A stretch of DNA of 58,213 nt from Acidobacteriota bacterium (lineage in GTDB: Bacteria; Bacteroidota; Ignavibacteria; Ignavibacteriales; SURF-24). Made by a program: the position numbers and the translations under genes. The stretch is taken from contig JBLMYS010000126.1 in assembly GCA_050258415.1 (NCBI GenBank), positions 1 through 58,213 of the forward strand, read 5' to 3'. The first letter of the stretch is position 1. Every line of letters begins with the position of its first letter. The notes under the pieces were generated by a model that had not been told where the DNA came from, ran no database searches, and saw nothing but the letters and a program-made list of their open reading frames with translations. Shown here in pieces: positions 50,863 to 58,110 of the stretch.

Positions 50863-51133
50863 TGCACATTAAAGATTCTACTCCTTTATCCATTGTACCA
50901 GTACACAGAGAAATGCTATTTTTCCATAAAACCTGACTTAAATAAATTCCCGGATAGCTTAAACATGAATTGATAATGATTTAATAAATCATTTACATTA
51001 ATTCTCAAGTTTAATAAATTCAGCCGTGGGGATTTTTCCCTTCAGGCATTTTTCCTAATCAGGCTCAAATAGCCTAAGTATGAATAATGGTGGTACAATT
51101 TTCATTTTTCAACTGACTAAAGCGGAGACCAAA

Positions 51134-53800
51134 ATGAAACTTAATTGTCCGGCAGAAAATAAAACTATTATATTTAGTAGAATCTTTCCCCTCTTCTTTG
51201 TCCTGTTCTTTTTCCTAACTCCGGCTATTGGGCCCGGTGCTGCTTCAGCATCTATCACTAAAGACCTGAGAATATTGTCCTCAAATCAGGACCGGTATAA
51301 TAACGTAAGCCGGATTATTAAACCTGGCACAACCGGCAGCTCAGCAGGCTCGCTTTCCCTGGACTCACTTGCCAAGTCACTTGTTTCACAGCTTAACGCC
51401 GATAGCATAAGAAGCACTATACTGGCTCTTCAAAGTTTCAAGGACAGGTACGAACTAAAGCCCAACCGCCGGGACGTTGTAAAGTGGATAAAAGAAAAAT
51501 TCACTTCTTACGGCTTTTCCTCTGTTGAAACGGATTCCTTCGAATGTACCGTACAGGATCACCGTAATAATGGTGCTACAGCAACTGCATGGCAGCGGAA
51601 TGTAGTTGCTACAATTACCGGAGTAAAGAGGCCTGAAGAAGTTATTGTGATAGGAGGTCATTACGATTCTTATTCAACAACCCTGCCCTCCTATCTTGCT
51701 CCCGGCGCCGACGATGATGCCAGCGGAACAGCAGCTACAATGGAGCTTGCCAGAATATTGCGTAAAGATAATTTCCAGCCCGACGTTACAATAAAATTCG
51801 TAGCTTTTGGAGCCGAGGAATTAATGCTTTCGGGATACTCAGGATCAGTGTACTTCTCCGATATGGCTAAGAAAAATGGGATGAAAATTATTTTGATGGT
51901 TAACCTTGATATGATTGCCAATTCACCATTACCAGTCGGGAATAGTCCGGTTGATCTTTATTATTATACCGGTTTTGAATATCTGGTCCAGGCAGCAGCG
52001 GATCTTACCGGAAAATATAGCAGATTAAAAGCAACTAAGGCGAAGGGACCGGATATAGATGCTGATTCAAAATCTTTTGCCTCTAACGGATTCCCAGCGA
52101 TCTTTTTTATGGAACATACCTTTAGCCCGAACTATCACACAGATCAGGATATTGTTGAAAACTGTAATATGGAATATTGTGCCGAAGTTGCAAAGGCCGC
52201 AGGCAGCATGCTCATCTGGCAGTCTTTTATACCTCAGAGCATTAACAGCTTCAAAGTTACAGATGCCGGAACCGGTAGTACACTCAAACTGAATTGGGAT
52301 ATTCCATCGGGGAAAGAATCTCTTGAGTACAGAATATATTTGGGAACCGCCCCCGGTGTCTATTCGGATACATTTACAACTACACAAAACCATTATGAAT
52401 TAACAGGCCTCAAGGAAGGAACAAAGTATTACGCCGGCATGAGCGCCGTAAGTCCGGGTGGATTAGGAAGCTTTGTAGTTGAAAAATCCGCGACTCCAAA
52501 TTCAATTCCGCTCGTACCCTCTGCTGTTGCACAAGTTATACTTCCGCATAAATTGAAATTAACCTGGCAGCCTAATAAAGAGCTGGACCTGCTTGGCTAT
52601 TGTATTTACAGAAAAGACAGCACTCAGGCAAGCGCGCTGAGAATAAATGACGGCATTTGCCGCGATACATTCTTCATCGATGAGACTGCCGAAAAAGAAA
52701 AATTATACTTCTACAGCGTTAAAGCAGTAGACAGCGATTCCAACTATAGCCAAAGCAGCACTGAGATAAAAGCAAGAGTATTTAGCCTGGATCAGGGTAT
52801 ATTGTTAATTAACCTGACTTATGACGGAAGCGGAACTTCTAGTAATCCCTCGTATAAACAGGTGGATGATTATTATAAGACACTCTTTCAGGGACAGACT
52901 ACCCGGTACTTTGACATCAGAACAGGGGGACAGGTTACGCTGCTGGACTTGGGGATATATTCGACGGCAGTTATAATTAGCGAAAATCCCTCAAAATTAC
53001 CAAAACCCTGCGACTATTTAGATGAGTTGAAAAAATATATGGATCTTGGAGGCAACCTTATTTTCCTGGGCTTCAAGCCATCAATGTATTTTCAGTCGAA
53101 TTACAACACAAACGGAGATTTTGTTGCTGGAGACTTCAGATTCGACTATCTTAAAATCAAAAATTCCAAAATTACTGCGGAGGCAGGATCCAACAAGGCA
53201 ATTTCCTTATTCAGTCCATATATGGATTTAAGAATTGATTCGGCCAAAGCATACCAAAATGATTTTCATATGCCTTTAATAGAAAGCATTTCTGCCGCGG
53301 ACGGCGCCAGCCAGGTCTACAAATACGCCAGCAATTACAGTTCTTCTTTGCCCGGAGGCAATATGAATGATCTTCCTGTTGGGGTTGAATATTTTGGGAC
53401 TAATTACAAAACCTTTGTATTGACCTATCCTCTTTATTACGTAAAACAGGAAGACGCTAAAGATCTGATAAATGCAGTTGTTCAGAGAATAAATGCGCCT
53501 TCGGGTGCAGGCGAGCACAGGGAGACCTCAGGTATCCTTTCATTTGCACTCATGCAGAACTACCCTAACCCCTTTAACCCTGCAACTACAATCAGCTACT
53601 CGCTTCCAAAAGAATCATTTGTTGAGCTGAAAGTTTATGACGTGCTGGGGCGCGAGGTTATAACTCTCATCCAAAGTCTGCAGAGCAGGGGCGAACACAA
53701 GGTTCAGTTCAACGCCTCTTCCCTGCCGAGCGGAATGTATATATATTCCATTCAGGCCGGGGAGTTGAGAAGTTCAAAGAAACTCCTCCTGCTTAAGTAA
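51134..53800 (+). CDS. Secreted M28-family zinc peptidase with FN3-like domains and a T9SS C-terminal sorting domain
   Basis: M28 motifs are VIVIGGHYDS, GADDDASG and FGAEE. FN3-like segments include LNWDIP...YRIYLG and LTWQPN...GYCIYR. The CTD is NYPNPFNPATTISYSLP...LPSGMYIYSIQAGELRSSKKLLLLK. The likely start is MKLNC at 51134 after GGAGA; the ORF-track start is 51080. Confidence 0.85.
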   Translation: MKLNCPAENKTIIFSRIFPLFFVLFFFLTPAIGPGAASASITKDLRILSSNQDRYNNVSRIIKPGTTGSSAGSLSLDSLAKSLVSQLNADSIRSTILALQSFKDRYELKPNRRDVVKWIKEKFTSYGFSSVETDSFECTVQDHRNNGATATAWQRNVVATITGVKRPEEVIVIGGHYDSYSTTLPSYLAPGADDDASGTAATMELARILRKDNFQPDVTIKFVAFGAEELMLSGYSGSVYFSDMAKKNGMKIILMVNLDMIANSPLPVGNSPVDLYYYTGFEYLVQAAADLTGKYSRLKATKAKGPDIDADSKSFASNGFPAIFFMEHTFSPNYHTDQDIVENCNMEYCAEVAKAAGSMLIWQSFIPQSINSFKVTDAGTGSTLKLNWDIPSGKESLEYRIYLGTAPGVYSDTFTTTQNHYELTGLKEGTKYYAGMSAVSPGGLGSFVVEKSATPNSIPLVPSAVAQVILPHKLKLTWQPNKELDLLGYCIYRKDSTQASALRINDGICRDTFFIDETAEKEKLYFYSVKAVDSDSNYSQSSTEIKARVFSLDQGILLINLTYDGSGTSSNPSYKQVDDYYKTLFQGQTTRYFDIRTGGQVTLLDLGIYSTAVIISENPSKLPKPCDYLDELKKYMDLGGNLIFLGFKPSMYFQSNYNTNGDFVAGDFRFDYLKIKNSKITAEAGSNKAISLFSPYMDLRIDSAKAYQNDFHMPLIESISAADGASQVYKYASNYSSSLPGGNMNDLPVGVEYFGTNYKTFVLTYPLYYVKQEDAKDLINAVVQRINAPSGAGEHRETSGILSFALMQNYPNPFNPATTISYSLPKESFVELKVYDVLGREVITLIQSLQSRGEHKVQFNASSLPSGMYIYSIQAGELRSSKKLLLLK

Positions 53801-54015
53801 CAACATGAACTGATCACTGTTGAAAGTCCTTGAAGATTTATTCACCTGGTTTATTTTGTTGAAAAATATTTCAGGACATTCTGGGGACATCGGCTTTAAG
53901 AAGGTGCCTAAAGCAGCTTAACTTTACTACTTTTTATGGCAGAACGCTTTCTCCCGGTCTCTCCGCAAAAACTGATAAAGCCTGAAGTCAGATGATTTCA
54001 GGCTTTTTTTTGTCC
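53714..54015 (+). repeat. ~300-bp direct repeat, copy 2
   Basis: Aligns with 50560-50862. It contains cccggtctctccgca at 53953-53967 and the hairpin gcctgaagtcagatgatttcaggc plus T8 at 53980-54011. Confidence 0.85.
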
Positions 54016-54285
54016 TGATTGTGTTTTAATAATCAATTCCCTCTTATTTCATATAAGCCACTTCATATTCTCAAATCCGGCACTTAAAAATCAGGATTGT
54101 TATTGGACATCTTATCGGTTTAAGGTCACTCATTTCCCTATTGTGATTACACATGATTATTGGTTGTATATTACGGGTGAAAGTATTGAACTGTGATTAT
54201 ATGGAATTAAAAATTATCGGTTCAACGTCTTTACCCTTCACCAAATTCACTTCTCATTTCAACTTATTTATTTAAGGAGGGCCCT

Positions 54286-55146
54286 ATGTCAGATACTATG
54301 GAAATCTATTCAGAGCTAGTAAAGAAACGCACTAGTTATTCCGCAAATCCTTTTACCCTCACAAATATCACGGTTGGCGATATTTTAATGGAAGAGGATG
54401 GTATACTTACAAGTGCTGGAACAAATATTAAAGATAAGTTTGGCTATGAGATTAAAACTATTCAGTACCCATATCACGGAAATATGGAGTTTTCAACACA
54501 AGGCGTAAAATCAATTGTCAACAAAACACTGGGCGAAGCATATGAAGTGAAGCTAGACATTAATGTGGATTTTTCAAAGGATAGCCAGGTATTTTTCCAT
54601 ATTGAAGATGCCCATGTTATTGCTATAGTTGACAAAATAGCTTTAGGTCAGAAGATGTTGAAGTGGTATAAAGATGAAAAATTTAAAAAACATTGGAGAG
54701 TAGTCACCGAAGTAGTTTATGCTGCTATGACAGCTATTGCCATTTCGCAAGAAGAAAAATCATCCTATAGTATTGGTTTTAAATTAGTTCCAATAAAAGA
54801 CATAATTCCAAGTCCTATTAATTTGCCTGTAGATTTCGATTTTCAATCGAACGTAGGTATAGTTAATAAAAACAGTTTAAGTTATGAAATGAGTCAGAAA
54901 AATAGTTCACCTCTTTTACATATGTTACAAATTCATCAGTGGTTATTTTTCAAACCACATCCTGAGGAGAAACTTCTTGCCGAAAGCAAAAATATAGCTG
55001 AACAGGAAAAAATAAAATCCATATTTACAAAATTACAAGAAAAGGAGATACAACCCAAACCCGGGAAAGTAATTACACAAACACAAGAGATAACCACCAG
55101 TGACTTAGGTGAAACAATAGAAATACTTGAAGCGAATGAAATCTGA
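54286..55146 (+). CDS. Hypothetical cytoplasmic beta-rich protein with a charged C-terminal tail; gasdermin-like candidate (unverified)
   Basis: AAGGAGG RBS at 54274-54280. No signal peptide or TM. The segments QVFFHIEDAHVIAIVDKIALGQKM, HWRVVTEVVYAAMTAIAIS and SSPLLHMLQIHQWLFF resemble hallmark strands of gasdermin N-domains, compared from memory with human GSDMD. The tail is ~55 aa and K/E-rich. Confidence 0.35.
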   Translation: MSDTMEIYSELVKKRTSYSANPFTLTNITVGDILMEEDGILTSAGTNIKDKFGYEIKTIQYPYHGNMEFSTQGVKSIVNKTLGEAYEVKLDINVDFSKDSQVFFHIEDAHVIAIVDKIALGQKMLKWYKDEKFKKHWRVVTEVVYAAMTAIAISQEEKSSYSIGFKLVPIKDIIPSPINLPVDFDFQSNVGIVNKNSLSYEMSQKNSSPLLHMLQIHQWLFFKPHPEEKLLAESKNIAEQEKIKSIFTKLQEKEIQPKPGKVITQTQEITTSDLGETIEILEANEI

Positions 55147-55172
55147 TTTGATATTCAAATTTGATATTCAAA
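55147..55172 (+). repeat. Tandem 13-mer TTTGATATTCAAA x2, immediately after the stop codon
   Basis: tttgatattcaaa occurs at 55147-55159 and again at 55160-55172. Confidence 0.9.
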
Positions 55173-55174
55173 TA

Positions 55175-55196
55175 ATGGGCTCCAATTGGAGCCCAT
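55175..55196. repeat. 22-nt perfect palindrome / hairpin
   Basis: Sequence is atgggctcc-aatt-ggagcccat. No T-run follows, so it is not a classical intrinsic terminator. Confidence 0.8.
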
Positions 55197-55296
55197 ATTA
55201 TAAGGAGACACAGGTGGGTACATATCTATGCCGCGAAACCCGGAACACTTCGAAATAGGACAATTTCAAAATATTTATTCTGCTACCCTAGAATGG

Positions 55297-55309
55297 CGGT
55301 CTCTCCGCA
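55297..55309 (+). repeat. Fourth (shortest) copy of the tRNA-Ser 3' end; right border of the accessory region
   Basis: cggtctctccgca is followed by a different hairpin, accccga...tcggggt plus T-run, at 55319-55359. Confidence 0.6.
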
Positions 55310-55370
55310 AATAATGTGACCCCGAGTATTGCTTGCTTACGCTGTTCATCGGGGTTTTTCATTTTTAAGG

Positions 55371-55475
55371 GAATTATCAGATATTTGATATTATATCAAA
55401 TTTCTGAAGGTGAGATGCTTACATATCTGCTCAAATCTTGTTGTTTTATGCAGTTTATTGTGGCCTGATCTTTGG
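55371..55475 (+). repeat. Copy 2 of the ~110-bp intergenic module
   Basis: Begins aattatcagatatttgatattatatcaaatttctga. The core atttgatat-t-atatcaaat at 55383-55401 is a perfect palindrome. The conserved box atgcagtttattgtggcctgatctttgga lies at 55447-55475. Confidence 0.7.
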
Positions 55476-55527
55476 ATTATGTTCGGGAGAAAGTATAGTT
55501 GCAGAAATTTTATCAGGACTTAACATT

Positions 55528-55956
55528 ATGCGTTTAATTTTTCTTTTAATTCCATTACTCATTGCAGCCGGATGTAATAAAGAACAGGTTTTACAGTCGG
55601 ACGAAAATGACTCATATGCTAAATGGAGTTCCTACGGATATCATAATTATACCGTAGACCAGACAAGGCAGTGTTATTGCATAAACGGAGCTGAGGCGAT
55701 GAAGGTTGTAGTAAGGAACGATACTGTTATGAGCGTAACAAGATTGTCCGATAATAAAGAGCTTAGTCATTCTGAGGCCCGTTGGTATATGCCTGTGGAT
55801 TCACTGTTTAAGAAGATCCTGAATCCGGGGCATGATTCCATAGTAGTCTCATTCAACTTAAAATACGGCTATCCTGAAAAAGTGGACATAAATCCACAAC
55901 TGCACCCGGTCGATGGCGGAGTGCTGTATTTGACTTCAAATCTCAGGATACCCTGA
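55528..55956 (+). CDS. Small hypothetical lipoprotein
   Basis: The probable start MRLIFLLIPLLIAAGC (lipobox) is at 55528. The ORF-track start at 55438 lies inside the repeated intergenic module. Confidence 0.6.
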   Translation: MRLIFLLIPLLIAAGCNKEQVLQSDENDSYAKWSSYGYHNYTVDQTRQCYCINGAEAMKVVVRNDTVMSVTRLSDNKELSHSEARWYMPVDSLFKKILNPGHDSIVVSFNLKYGYPEKVDINPQLHPVDGGVLYLTSNLRIP

Positions 55957-56043
55957 GGGACATCTGTCCGCAATGTACATTTTAAGCTCCTTCCAGGTGA
56001 TGGAAGGAGCTTAAAAGTCTATGAGTAAACGTTAAAAATAGTG

Positions 56044-56769
56044 CTAGAATTTCCCGGAATTTCTCACCAAACCGGAAGAATATGTCTTCCAGGTGCCGGT
56101 GCCGTCCGCATTCCAGTCAGCCTCCCATAAAATGGTGGGGCCTTCCCCATAATACTTCAACGCACCTGCCTGATTTGAATTGTTCACTATCTCAGTCTTC
56201 GATTGCAGAACTGAATTCTCGTAAACTGTCAGTGTGCCTGTAACAGCTGAGCTATTGTTGCTCCACGAGATCTTGGCGGCTACAATTGCAGTGTTGTCTT
56301 TGTAAATCTTCCATTCTCCGCTTTTCCCGTCCTTACTTGTAGTACCTTCCATTGCTTTCCAGTTAGTATAGCTGACGGCATTAATTGTACCGTTATAAGT
56401 TACATTCCAGGTAAAGCTGCCGTCGGCATTGCTTATTGCAGTAAAGGTCTCAGTTGCACCGTTATCATGAGAAAGGACCCACTTCCATTCATTCCCGCTG
56501 TTTTTGGGCTGGACTGAGGCGAATGCTGAGCTTAAAGGAAGCGAATAGTTATTGAAACCGCTAATAAAATTCTTAATCTGGTTTGTAATCTCATTGACAA
56601 CTGAGGTATTAGGGCCCTTAAAGAAAAGTTTCGGTACTGAGGGTGTGGTCTGATTATTAGTCTGACTTTCAGTGTTTTCAGGTACCGCCGGGTTGTTTTC
56701 TTTTTTTGAACACGAAGCAATCATAACAGCACTAAAGAGCAGAATCACAGAAAAGAACAGCTTTTTCAT
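56044..56769 (-). CDS. Hypothetical lipoprotein
   Basis: MKKLFFSVILLFSAVMIASC lipobox. Beta-rich with Trp-containing repeats (TWNVTYNG, EWKIYKDN, TWKTYSSG). Confidence 0.6.
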   Translation of the reverse strand: MKKLFFSVILLFSAVMIASCSKKENNPAVPENTESQTNNQTTPSVPKLFFKGPNTSVVNEITNQIKNFISGFNNYSLPLSSAFASVQPKNSGNEWKWVLSHDNGATETFTAISNADGSFTWNVTYNGTINAVSYTNWKAMEGTTSKDGKSGEWKIYKDNTAIVAAKISWSNNSSAVTGTLTVYENSVLQSKTEIVNNSNQAGALKYYGEGPTILWEADWNADGTGTWKTYSSGLVRNSGKF

Positions 56770-56892
56770 ATTTTCTCCATAATTTAAGAGATGAAAAATT
56801 GTATATACGGGAATTATCCCTCACTGCATCACAAAATATAAGTTCTAACTATTTAAATTTAAACGGAAAAATAGCTGCAGATAAGGGAATTT

Positions 56893-57402
56893 TCAGAATG
56901 ACCTGATAAACATCACTCTTTTACCCTGCTGTTCTTTCACTTTGAAGTTACATTTCTCCAATACCCTTCTGGAGGCATAATTGTCTTCCATTGTCTGGGC
57001 AGTTATCATCTTTGCACCGCTTTGTGAAAATGCCCATTCGGTAATTGCAGATACCATTTCAGTTGCAATCGATTGCCCCTGATATTCATCCAGGACTGAA
57101 TAGCCTGTGTCCACTATTCCATTTTCATCCGGGGCTCCCTTGAAGCCCACAGAGGCTACAAGAACACTTTCCGATGCATCCCCTTTTGCAAGCAGAACAT
57201 ACCAGAAATACCAGCATTCATGCCCGGGATTTTTTTCGAGCTGTTCCAGGAACCATGGGATTGCGTCCCTAAGCGATTCAGGCGGCCAGCTCTCAGGGAT
57301 AAATGCATTGAGCAAACGGGAAAGCTTTGCCCTGTCCCCCGCCTCAGCCCTCAGCATTTCGCATGTTGCCGGAATAAGGATCAGTCTTGTAGTTTTAATC
57401 AT
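56893..57402 (-). CDS. GNAT-family N-acetyltransferase (RimJ/RimL-like)
   Basis: 169 aa. N-terminus is IKTTRLILIP. The acetyl-CoA-binding region is VLDEYQGQSIATEMVSAITEWAF, followed by NYASRRVLEKCNF. Confidence 0.8.
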   Translation of the reverse strand: MIKTTRLILIPATCEMLRAEAGDRAKLSRLLNAFIPESWPPESLRDAIPWFLEQLEKNPGHECWYFWYVLLAKGDASESVLVASVGFKGAPDENGIVDTGYSVLDEYQGQSIATEMVSAITEWAFSQSGAKMITAQTMEDNYASRRVLEKCNFKVKEQQGKRVMFIRSF

Positions 57403-57934
57403 TTCCGCCCTTTACTTCTTCCGAAAACGTAACGTTGCCCTTCCTATCAATCTGATAAGGAATAAAATAACAATTATCCGTATCCGGCTCTCCTATTGAA
57501 ACCATGAAATTGAATGTTCCCCATATTTCATTAAAACTTTCGAACGTCATATTGTACAGAGTTGCAATCTTCTGAAACTCAGTCCCGGTATATGATTCAA
57601 AATCCGATTTCATTATTATCTTTTCAAAAAAGGACTTGCCGTTCCGGAAGATATTAACCTTTACTTCATTGTCATAAACATAATCGTTATACTTTGCATT
57701 ATCACCATAGCTTGTGTGGGGGAAAAAAGAATTATTAACGTGGTACAGATGAATTTTTATTCTGTACTTATTTTTCCCTATAGAAAATAAAGTATCCGAC
57801 TTTATTTCCTCCAGCGCAATCGGTTTTGTGCCGACACTTGTCCTTATTTTTGTTGTATCAGTATTAATTGTGCCGGCAGAAACACCAGCTGATGAAGCAA
57901 GCGCTATCCAAACTAAAAGAATTATGTGTTTCAT
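57395..57934 (-). CDS. Hypothetical secreted protein
   Basis: Signal peptide MKHIILLVWIALASSAGVSAG. It overlaps the downstream GNAT gene by 8 nt. No family recognised. Confidence 0.55.
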   Translation of the reverse strand: MKHIILLVWIALASSAGVSAGTINTDTTKIRTSVGTKPIALEEIKSDTLFSIGKNKYRIKIHLYHVNNSFFPHTSYGDNAKYNDYVYDNEVKVNIFRNGKSFFEKIIMKSDFESYTGTEFQKIATLYNMTFESFNEIWGTFNFMVSIGEPDTDNCYFIPYQIDRKGNVTFSEEVKGGND

Positions 57935-58110
57935 TATAAATCCCCGGACTTAATCGTTTCCGGAAATTTATTTCAAATTTCCGTTGAATGCCAGTGTTTT
58001 CTGAAAGATTTCATATCTGCCTTTAAGGCATATGACGCTTGTGTTTTTCAAGTTCATAGTGCATTTTAAAATGCACAAATAATATTTAATCACGAATACA
58101 ACGCATAATC

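Larger units (their letters stand above)
48386..55309. mobile_element. tRNA-Ser-linked accretion region: three tandem islets delimited by reiterated tRNA 3' ends; no recombinase gene present (degenerate or immobilised)
   Basis: Direct repeats of ccggtctctccgcca occur at 48371-48385, 50800-50814 and 53953-53967 (cccggtctctccgca), and at 55297-55309 (cggtctctccgca). The first three are each followed by the same terminator hairpin. Confidence 0.45.

Noticed and set aside
50727-50936. A 69-aa ORF in the track (MRKSDLIKCLKQLVF...).
   Set aside because: It runs straight through the conserved 3' non-coding repeat, the tRNA-Ser fragment and the terminator hairpin. Its counterpart in the second repeat copy is not open, so it is spurious.
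51134-53800. The M28 peptidase directly upstream could be the activating protease of the gasdermin-like protein.
   Set aside because: It carries a signal peptide and a T9SS C-terminal sorting domain, so it is exported. It is an aminopeptidase-type M28 enzyme rather than an endoprotease class known to partner with gasdermins. A strong hairpin plus T8 terminator (53980-54011) and a tRNA fragment separate the two genes.
54142-54199. The TGTGATTA repeats upstream of the gasdermin-like gene could be a CRP-type (TGTGA-N6-TCACA) site.
   Set aside because: No matching TCACA half-site lies at the right spacing. I kept this only as a note inside the main finding.
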